From a virus (lineage: Duplodnaviria; Caudoviricetes): DNA of 64,000 nt. Shown in pieces: positions 24,108 to 31,865 of the stretch. Under the pieces are notes generated by a model that did no database searches, was not told the origin of the DNA, and worked only from the letters and a program-made list of their open reading frames with translations. A program made the position numbers and the translations under genes. The stretch spans positions 1-64,000 of IMG/VR virus record IMGVR_UViG_3300037722_000240, one strand, 5' to 3'. The number at the start of each line of letters is the position of its first letter. The first letter of the stretch is position 1.

Positions 24108-24871
24108 TATACTTTTGCCTCAATGCTGTCTACTGCGCTACGAATTTGTTCTAACTCAGATACAACGTCAATATCAGATGGAGGTTGTGGAGGAGACGGA
24201 GTTACAAATAAATTAAAGTACCATTCCTGCATTCTATCCATGTCAATATCATAGCTACTTACTCCATGAGCATGGCCTTTTCTATTTCCATCAGCTTCCC
24301 ATTGCCAATTTATGAATTGGTCCTCAGCAGGTATAGCAATACCTCCAGAGGTCTTTTCCCAACCAATAGGTACATATACAGGCATAAGTTCATTGGTGTA
24401 ATTAGCTACAAATAAATCCCAGTCATGTATCCAACCAGGTTTTATACTATAGAAGTCCTGCCATACAAACTTGGCTGTATAGATGGCCGGCATACGTACG
24501 CCTGTCCACCAAGACTTCAATAGATATAGAAATTTTAGAACTTCTCCTAGGGCTTGACTCTTAGTAACACTATGTTTATGCTCTACGTCTAATACTGGTG
24601 GAAAGGTCAAGTCTGGTGGTTGAATTCCTTCAATCATCTTAGAAAACTGTTTTTCTACATTGTATCCAGCATAAAAATAATGATAAATTCCAAAAGGGAG
24701 TCCTTCTGTCTTAGCGCCGTCAAAATTGTCCCAAAATCTTAGGTCACTATAGTATCCAATACTTTTTCTACAATAGACAAACTCTGAACCAGCACTTCTC
24801 ATGGTTTTGAAATTAACGTCCCCCTGATGAGCACTTATATCGTTTCCATTTATCCAATTCACTATACACAC
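24107..24871 (-). CDS. endolysin, glycoside hydrolase family 25 lysozyme
   Basis: DISAHQG, GIYHYF, PPVLDVE (DxE), IYT, WQW, DIDMD motifs. Confidence 0.9.
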   Translation of the reverse strand: MCIVNWINGNDISAHQGDVNFKTMRSAGSEFVYCRKSIGYYSDLRFWDNFDGAKTEGLPFGIYHYFYAGYNVEKQFSKMIEGIQPPDLTFPPVLDVEHKHSVTKSQALGEVLKFLYLLKSWWTGVRMPAIYTAKFVWQDFYSIKPGWIHDWDLFVANYTNELMPVYVPIGWEKTSGGIAIPAEDQFINWQWEADGNRKGHAHGVSSYDIDMDRMQEWYFNLFVTPSPPQPPSDIDVVSELEQIRSAVDSIEAKV

Positions 24872-24874
24872 TCC

Positions 24875-25219
24875 TTAACTTGTACTGCCTAGAGGAGAAT
24901 CTACTTTAAATCTATATTTTGTACTATAGAAGTCCTGTCCTACGGATGTTAGTTTTACCTGTAACTGGTACTGACCTTTCAGGGTAAACACGTTATCATC
25001 TTCTGTTATAGTATAAACCAAAGAACCGTCTATACCATCTGTTTCAAACTCTGGAGTAATATTTACTACAGTTCCATTAGGGCGTTCAAATTTATATAAC
25101 AAAGTAGAAAATCCCGATATATCGGCTACTTCCCACGCACTAGTATCATAATTATAATCTTCCATAATTACTTTTACTAGATAACCATAGCTTGTTTTAT
25201 ATACTACCTCTATTGTCAT
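24875..25219 (-). CDS. BppU-N-like baseplate/fibre-attachment domain protein
   Basis: F.RP.G.......DG.DG...Y...D......G.Y.LQV pattern; tail context. Confidence 0.55.
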   Translation of the reverse strand: MTIEVVYKTSYGYLVKVIMEDYNYDTSAWEVADISGFSTLLYKFERPNGTVVNITPEFETDGIDGSLVYTITEDDNVFTLKGQYQLQVKLTSVGQDFYSTKYRFKVDSPLGSTS

Positions 25220-25220
25220 T

Positions 25221-27122
25221 TTACATCCTCAATGTTTTTCTTATTTCTGATGTTATTCTTTGTACAGTTTGTAAAACTGGTGTAATTCTAGCTGTATATT
25301 GTATACCAGCATTATAACGTAATGTTGCTCTTATTTCATTAACTTTTGCTATAGAAATTGTCTTTATTCCGCTTATAACATCTGATATAGTAACATCATC
25401 TGAAAGTAGAATAGCAATTATAGCAGGTACAATGCCATTTGCTGTATCTGTTATTCCAACTGCGTCAGTAATTGTCAAAAAAAGATGTCTAGTTATTGAT
25501 ACGATATCAGATATAGATATACTATCCACTAGAGTTATAATATGCTGTACTGTTCTTGAAATAACATCTGATATAATTACTGTATTCTGAATTATTCTTC
25601 TATAATCAATAGCTCTAGATAAGGTATCTGTAATTGCAACACTATCAGAAATTAATACAGATAATGCTGTCTTTAAATAGTCTAGAACATCTGTAATTCC
25701 CACCGCATCAGCAATTAATATAATTAACTGTCTAATTGACAATACAGTATCAGAAACAGATATATTATCTACTAATGCTACTACATAGTTTATAGCTCTG
25801 AAAATAGCATCAGAAAGAGTTACTGTATCTTGAATAGACCTTCTATATTCTACTGCTCTTGAAAAAACGTCTGTTATATCTACACCATTAGAAATTAATA
25901 TAGCCACTGCTTTTATATAGCTCAGACTGTCTGTAATACCTACTGCATCCGCAATAGCAATAAAAACTACTTTGCTTGCAATTATAATATCTGTTATACC
26001 TACCCCATTTTGTAAAGTTCTAAATATCCCCCTAGCAGTAGTCAAATTATCTGTTATCCCTAAAACATTTTGAATTGTTTTGGCAAGTGTTCTAGATTCA
26101 GCTAGACTGTCAGTTATACCTATAGCATTGACTATATTCACAACTACAGACTTGAAAAAGTCTAAGGTATCAGTAATTCCTATATTATCAGATATGTTTA
26201 TAAGAAGCTGTTTAGCAGATGTTAAAATATCAGTTATTGTTAAAGAATCTTCGACTATTCTATTATACGAGACATTTCTAGATAAAATATCTGTAATTCC
26301 CACCGTATTTACTATTAGTATTGATTTTCCTAGTATAATATTTATAATATCAGTAATTCCTATAGATTCTGATATTAAAATATTTCTTCCTACAGAGGTA
26401 GAAAGTATATCGGTTATATCCAAAGAATCAGTTATAGTAGCAAAAAAGTTATCGCCGCCGCCAGCTACCGCCGCGATTCCGATTGCAACACCTATAACAT
26501 CGTCGGTACTGGCCGATGAAAGGTTGCTCCAGCCTGTTGTACTGTCAGCACTGGCGAGGTCATGTTGAACTTGAAGTGCCCACTCATTACCGCCAGCCAC
26601 AAGCTGAACTTCATCGTCCTCGGTGAAATTGGCGTCAGGCGTGATACCCGTATTGCTGGCTCCGTCCAAGACACCGGCCAGCACAGTTGTATCGGTAGCA
26701 GGGGTTGCGTGGGTTAGCGTAAGCGTTGAAACAAATCCGCCCGTGGAATCAAAGAAGAAGTCAAAGTCTACGGGAGTACCTCCATCGTAGTTTGTGACTT
26801 CGTATACTGCGATCCACTTGAGACGACTGTTCACGGCAAATGTTGCAGTGACGGCCCCGGAGCCGGGGGTTGCTCCGAGGACCGCCCTGCCAGCGGCTAA
26901 TACAGCACCTTTGCCGCCCTGAGACCCAACGCGAGAATCGGTTGTCCAAGAGCCGGAACCAGTAAAGGAGTCCACAATGGACGACAAATCAACCAAGTTG
27001 GCATTAGCTGCTGCCGTTATCACGACAAGAAGAGCATCAGCCGCTGGACTGATTGTACCAGAACTTATGTTGTTAGTATTTGCAGAATCAGTGACAAGGG
27101 TGAGCAAGGTTATGGATGGCAC
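25221..27122 (-). CDS. tail fibre-like protein with 18 x ~20-aa repeats
   Basis: Repeats ending (I/V)(G/T/S)I(T/S)D every ~20 aa after a GGG linker; GC-rich N-terminal domain. Confidence 0.7.
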   Translation of the reverse strand: MPSITLLTLVTDSANTNNISSGTISPAADALLVVITAAANANLVDLSSIVDSFTGSGSWTTDSRVGSQGGKGAVLAAGRAVLGATPGSGAVTATFAVNSRLKWIAVYEVTNYDGGTPVDFDFFFDSTGGFVSTLTLTHATPATDTTVLAGVLDGASNTGITPDANFTEDDEVQLVAGGNEWALQVQHDLASADSTTGWSNLSSASTDDVIGVAIGIAAVAGGGDNFFATITDSLDITDILSTSVGRNILISESIGITDIINIILGKSILIVNTVGITDILSRNVSYNRIVEDSLTITDILTSAKQLLINISDNIGITDTLDFFKSVVVNIVNAIGITDSLAESRTLAKTIQNVLGITDNLTTARGIFRTLQNGVGITDIIIASKVVFIAIADAVGITDSLSYIKAVAILISNGVDITDVFSRAVEYRRSIQDTVTLSDAIFRAINYVVALVDNISVSDTVLSIRQLIILIADAVGITDVLDYLKTALSVLISDSVAITDTLSRAIDYRRIIQNTVIISDVISRTVQHIITLVDSISISDIVSITRHLFLTITDAVGITDTANGIVPAIIAILLSDDVTISDVISGIKTISIAKVNEIRATLRYNAGIQYTARITPVLQTVQRITSEIRKTLRM

Positions 27123-27131
27123 TGGAAAATC

Positions 27132-27821
27132 TTACTCCACGCTCAACTGAAAGCCACCAAACAGGAAGGCGTCATCCGGGTCTACCATATGACCATGAAT
27201 CTCAAGTCGGTAAGCCGTGTATGCCTCTTCAACCGGAATGACGTACTGAAAAACGGCCGGAGGGCCGACGAAACTACACTTGCCCGTACCGAACGGGCTC
27301 TCTACTCCGGGGCGGTGGAACACCATTATCCATGGCTCATCCCAATCGACCTGTCCATAGACCGTAACCTCAGCCACGCCTTCATGCATATGGTGAGCCT
27401 CTATCATGCGAAGAACAATCGTACTGTGGCTTCCAGATACGGCCACGTCTTGCCATAGCCAGTCCTCGCCACCGATGGGCCAATCATCAAGACCGGCTAT
27501 ATCACGGTCCATCTGGGCATAACTTGTGCCGGTTGGTTCACAGACCAGTGGCCGATGGACCGTCCAGTGCCCATTCACGAACTGCCAGCCATCGAAACCC
27601 TCCTCGAAGTCTCCATTGATGAGCAGGTTTTCACCGGATGGTGGCGGAACGGTCGGCGTTGGGTCTGTACCCCCTGGCGTTGGAACTAGCGGCGTATTAC
27701 TAGCCGTTGGACGCACGCGGGGTGTTGCTGTGGGCGTTTCAGTCCGTTGAGGCATGGCCCCACTACAGGCAACCAACAGCCCCAAAAGAAGTACCAACAG
27801 AATGTATTTCAAGTAATTCAT
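27132..27821 (-). CDS. lipoprotein with Pro/Thr linker and CBM-like beta-sandwich (track start 27857; RBS favours 27821)
   Basis: Lipobox LLVA-C, PT-rich linker, NLLINGDFEEG typical of CBM4/9-like domains. Confidence 0.7.
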   Translation of the reverse strand: MNYLKYILLVLLLGLLVACSGAMPQRTETPTATPRVRPTASNTPLVPTPGGTDPTPTVPPPSGENLLINGDFEEGFDGWQFVNGHWTVHRPLVCEPTGTSYAQMDRDIAGLDDWPIGGEDWLWQDVAVSGSHSTIVLRMIEAHHMHEGVAEVTVYGQVDWDEPWIMVFHRPGVESPFGTGKCSFVGPPAVFQYVIPVEEAYTAYRLEIHGHMVDPDDAFLFGGFQLSVE

Positions 27822-27835
27822 TTCGGCATATCCTC

Positions 27836-29188
27836 CTAGTTGCTTGGGCCAATCCATCCGGATGGCACGGCACCGGCGTCAAGCTCATTACATACCTGTC
27901 CGCCACAGAAATAGATATCCCGTTCCGGCGTGTTCGGCGGGTCGAAGGCGTTGCCCAGGATGCTTGTACCAAAGGCTTTTCCATAGCGACCAGTGAATGC
28001 CGACACTAGCTTGATTGGGTGGCAGTCCGGCCCCGGTGCCGTACAAGATTGGTTCAAGTCACCGAAGCGCGTAACGAAGCCCTCCGCCGTGATGCGTCCT
28101 ACTCGTGGGTCCATATCGAATCCTTCCAAGTTATCCCATGCCACCGGTATTTCACCCACAATTTCATGGACCGTGGTTGTCGAGTTGTTGTATTTGCACC
28201 CCGGAACCGGCGAGAACGTCAGACCCCCATCTTCCGAGCACAGCCAGCGGAAGGTGAATGGGTAGGTCAGGTCGCCGGAGTCAAGCACCTGATAGATGTC
28301 ACGCGCTCTGAATAGCAGGGCGAACAGCTCGCTACCGCTGTCGATGTTCACCGGCTCGCTGATCCATGTCGTGTTGGCTCTTCGCTGACCGGCGACAAAG
28401 GATGCGTAGGTCGGATAACGGTCGCACTTCGGCTCTGGGCCGAAGCAGTCCACGGTGAAGTACGGCTCACGCGGTGAGGCATATGCCGGTAGCGGGGTGT
28501 CCGGATATTGAAGGACGGTTCCCTGGTAGGGACTGGTGCGCTGGCCGTAGTCCTGAAGCTGGTTGGCGAAGATGTAGCCATAGTCAGTGGGGTCGTCTGT
28601 TCTGCATTGACGTAGCAGTCCTACCGCACTGTGCAGTCTAGCCTCGAACTCGATGCTGTAGTCCCCGAAGCCATGATACTGGATAACAGCGGCGTCCACG
28701 CCGGTTGGGACTCCCTCCCGTCCGGTACAGCCGGTCGCGCTGGTTAGGTTGACATCCCACTTAAGTCCGCCGTGCTTGTGGGTGTTCTCTAGCGGGCTTG
28801 ATGGGTTTGTATGACCTACACTCACGCCACCAATTAGTGCCCTCAGGTCGAAACCTGGGAAGGCTTCGGCTACCTCGTCTGTAAACGGATATGTACCATG
28901 TTCATGGTCATAGCGGCAGCCTTGTGCACTGTCCCAGACTGTGTGGAACACGTTGTAGTCGTGGTCTGCAATAGCGTTAGCACACAGCGGGGCATCGGGG
29001 AATGGCTCGATTGGATCGCCCGGCTCGTCTGTTGGTGTGACACCCGGCGTATCAGTTGGAAAAGGAGTGATAGGTAAGTCCGTAGCCGTTGGTGGCGCTA
29101 CGGTTGCAGTTGGCGGTGGTGTCGGCACAGGCGCACAGGCGCTCAATAATAGTATAGCCAATACAGAACTAACTATAAATTGTTTCAT
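27836..29188 (-). CDS. lipoprotein with Pro/Thr linker, Cys-rich extracellular domain
   Basis: Lipobox LLSA-C, PT-rich linker, DHEHG and HKHGG motifs; GGAG RBS. Confidence 0.8.
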   Translation of the reverse strand: MKQFIVSSVLAILLLSACAPVPTPPPTATVAPPTATDLPITPFPTDTPGVTPTDEPGDPIEPFPDAPLCANAIADHDYNVFHTVWDSAQGCRYDHEHGTYPFTDEVAEAFPGFDLRALIGGVSVGHTNPSSPLENTHKHGGLKWDVNLTSATGCTGREGVPTGVDAAVIQYHGFGDYSIEFEARLHSAVGLLRQCRTDDPTDYGYIFANQLQDYGQRTSPYQGTVLQYPDTPLPAYASPREPYFTVDCFGPEPKCDRYPTYASFVAGQRRANTTWISEPVNIDSGSELFALLFRARDIYQVLDSGDLTYPFTFRWLCSEDGGLTFSPVPGCKYNNSTTTVHEIVGEIPVAWDNLEGFDMDPRVGRITAEGFVTRFGDLNQSCTAPGPDCHPIKLVSAFTGRYGKAFGTSILGNAFDPPNTPERDIYFCGGQVCNELDAGAVPSGWIGPSN

Positions 29189-29210
29189 TTTATTCTCCTA
29201 ATATAATCTA

Positions 29211-29753
29211 TTACGAACCTAATAGTGTAAGTTCCCAAGTAATAACTAAGGTGTCAGCAGTTAGTACATCTACAGCGGGGCTGATTTCAGCATAGGCTAG
29301 AGTATCAGTTCCATTTCCTAGAAGTGCTTCATCAATACCTGTTGAGTTTAAATCACCGGCTTCAAATGTAGATTTGTAAACAATAACATTATCATCAGTC
29401 GCGGCCCAATCACCCTTAGTTTGAGGATAGCCGGCATCCATAGCCTCATCTGCGCCAGTTTGAGTTACAAGCGCGTCGGTTGTTTTGGCTTCTGCTGTAA
29501 ATCCTGTTCCAACTCCAATAACACCGTTGGCATTATCAACTTTGGTTCTTTCTGGTGTTTCTTGTAGAAGGTCAGCAATTAGGGCATCGCCCTCATTTGT
29601 AACAATATTATGGTTTATAGAAACCATTGGTTTAGCTGGTATATTAAATAGTCTATCTAACCAAGTTCTTTTTCTATTCTTTACTTGACCATCAGGACCA
29701 TAAACAGTTGCATTAACTAAACCCTTGATTCCCAGATTGTTTTTTCTAATCAT
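29211..29753 (-). CDS. conserved phage tail-associated protein
   Basis: HNIVTNEG...I motif, ...ADTLVITWELT ending; GGAG RBS. Confidence 0.65.
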   Translation of the reverse strand: MIRKNNLGIKGLVNATVYGPDGQVKNRKRTWLDRLFNIPAKPMVSINHNIVTNEGDALIADLLQETPERTKVDNANGVIGVGTGFTAEAKTTDALVTQTGADEAMDAGYPQTKGDWAATDDNVIVYKSTFEAGDLNSTGIDEALLGNGTDTLAYAEISPAVDVLTADTLVITWELTLLGS

Positions 29754-29803
29754 TTTGTATCTCCTATTTATATTACTTCCCGTTTTGGGAAGTTTACTAT
29801 ACT

Positions 29804-29812
29804 ATTATACCA
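29804..29812 (-). promoter_or_regulatory. extended -10 promoter (TGGTATAAT) inside the tail module
   Basis: Minus strand TG-G-TATAAT in the 84-bp gap upstream of 29753; hairpin ACTTCCC/GGGAAGT 29775-29793 downstream. Confidence 0.5.
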
Positions 29813-29837
29813 TTAATTTATATGTTTAAGCTAAATA

Positions 29838-31295
29838 TTACCCGTAAGGCCATACTACATAAACACTCCCTATATCTGGTACCCATCCCTGCCCTGTATC
29901 TAAAAATAAAGTAGTACCGTCAGGCTCATATAATTTAATTCTATCTATACCGCTAGATGTAAATGTTATATAATCTACAGATAAATTTGTTCTTCTTTTT
30001 GTCTCTAATAAACTCGGTATATTATTATAAATTTCTCCTTTACATCCTACAGGAAAATTTGATATTATTAAAGAAGATTCAGTAGTTCTTACACTAAATT
30101 CATGAATTCTCCACCAGTTTGCACTAGCTTTATGACATTGCATTTTTACATATCTTCCTGCACTAGATGAGATAAAATTATCTGATTCATTAAATATATA
30201 TTCTATCCAACCTCCAGTATATGCGGGAGGCGATGTTTCCCATTCTGCAACAAATTCCTCCTCGCCACCAAAAGCACCAGTAGATGATAACCATATATTA
30301 AACCAATCATCTGGTACATCGCTAGAAGCAGAATCATTATAAATTCTAACAGCATCTATGGTTTTAGTACTTCCCATATCAAATACAATATAAGGCTCAT
30401 CCTGTAAAGCATCAGCATAAGCAAAATCCGTTAGATTATCATTTATACTGTTTGCAGTATCATTCCATGTTGGAGCCCCAGTACCCCCTGTATCAAAGAC
30501 AGAAAAATTATTACTTACCTCAGAAGATTCTAACCAACCTCCACCAGAAATAGTTGTATAAAACTTTAATGATGCACTGCCTCCACCTATTCCTGAAATA
30601 GTAGTAAATTCTAGCCCATTCTCTGTACCATTTACTACTACAGCTCGCCCCGCTTGACCTGTATATGTTGATGGGGTATCATCTAATCCTATAAAATCTA
30701 GTCCAGTATAAGTGCCATTAAAAGTTACTGCATCATCAAAAACAGCTCCACTATCAAATGTCAGTAATCCGGTAACATTTCTACTACCAGTTACTAATAA
30801 ATACTGAGTATGGTCGTCGTCTAACAGTCCAGTAAGAGCCCCGTGGTCTGTTACCCCCCCGCCTCCCCCACTACTTGCCGAAACAGTAATAGTAGCAGTA
30901 CCTTCATTTAGTGTTGCTACAACTCCATCCCCTACAAAATTAAGAACTGTAGCATTTCCTAAGCTCGTCCCTTCATCAGCTATTCCTACAGGAATAATTC
31001 CGCTAGCAAGTTCTAGTAAATTTAATCTATATCTAATATGAGATAGATTATCATAAAGAGTTCCACTAGGAACATTTGTTTGAATTCCTAAATAAGCCGC
31101 CTCTGTAGTATCATATGCTACTCTCTGCTGAGGAAGATAACCAAAAGTACCGCCAATGGGAGTTCCACTACCTCCGCTAGTTCCTGGAATTCCCCCTAGA
31201 TTTATAGGTGAACTCCACCATTTATTAAAGCGAGATACATCTCGCATGGTTTCGAGCAGTTCTTCTTGATAATTTCTTACAATTGTAGGGGGCAT
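29838..31295 (-). CDS. tail fibre / receptor-binding protein with discoidin (F5/8 type C-like) domain
   Basis: DHGALTGLLDDDHTQYL fibre motif; FDMGSTKTIDAVRIYN...GRYVKM...WWRIHEF discoidin pattern. Confidence 0.75.
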   Translation of the reverse strand: MPPTIVRNYQEELLETMRDVSRFNKWWSSPINLGGIPGTSGGSGTPIGGTFGYLPQQRVAYDTTEAAYLGIQTNVPSGTLYDNLSHIRYRLNLLELASGIIPVGIADEGTSLGNATVLNFVGDGVVATLNEGTATITVSASSGGGGGVTDHGALTGLLDDDHTQYLLVTGSRNVTGLLTFDSGAVFDDAVTFNGTYTGLDFIGLDDTPSTYTGQAGRAVVVNGTENGLEFTTISGIGGGSASLKFYTTISGGGWLESSEVSNNFSVFDTGGTGAPTWNDTANSINDNLTDFAYADALQDEPYIVFDMGSTKTIDAVRIYNDSASSDVPDDWFNIWLSSTGAFGGEEEFVAEWETSPPAYTGGWIEYIFNESDNFISSSAGRYVKMQCHKASANWWRIHEFSVRTTESSLIISNFPVGCKGEIYNNIPSLLETKRRTNLSVDYITFTSSGIDRIKLYEPDGTTLFLDTGQGWVPDIGSVYVVWPYG

Positions 31296-31865
31296 TTATA
31301 TAATTCTCACTTCTTCTAAATCTGTAACTATGGCTCCACTAATCATTGCTGTCCAATTTGTAGGATAGATGGCTACCAAAAGAGCATCTATACCACTACC
31401 AGTTGTAGCTATAAGTACTTTTTGATTTGATATGCCAGATAGTCCAATTAAAAATCTAGGACTTTCGGGGATTTCTGGAAATACTACATCTATTCCTAAC
31501 TCGTTAGGTACACCACTAGCTAATGCCCATGAATTTTGTGTTTCTGGATAATAGCTAGTATAAATATCCATTCTATCTTGTGTATAAAAATTTACTATAC
31601 CGGCTGTAGCTAAAGATAGCCCATAATCAGTTAGAAAGTTACTAATCATTGTATTACTATTTACTGATGATGTAGTAATATCAGGACTTATATCATCAAC
31701 ATTTCCACCTGAAACAGTAGTTCTAGATATTCTCCACGTTCCTACATATACAAAATTAGTATCAGCAAATAGTCGAGCAATTTGATGCATATTGCCTACA
31801 GCACCAGACCATATAACTTGTTTATTCTCCCAAGAATCTGTTGTTTTCCACACCACTGTAGCCAT
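31296..31865 (-). CDS. tail-associated hypothetical protein
   Basis: Coupled in tail operon; beta-rich. Confidence 0.7.
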   Translation of the reverse strand: MATVVWKTTDSWENKQVIWSGAVGNMHQIARLFADTNFVYVGTWRISRTTVSGGNVDDISPDITTSSVNSNTMISNFLTDYGLSLATAGIVNFYTQDRMDIYTSYYPETQNSWALASGVPNELGIDVVFPEIPESPRFLIGLSGISNQKVLIATTGSGIDALLVAIYPTNWTAMISGAIVTDLEEVRII

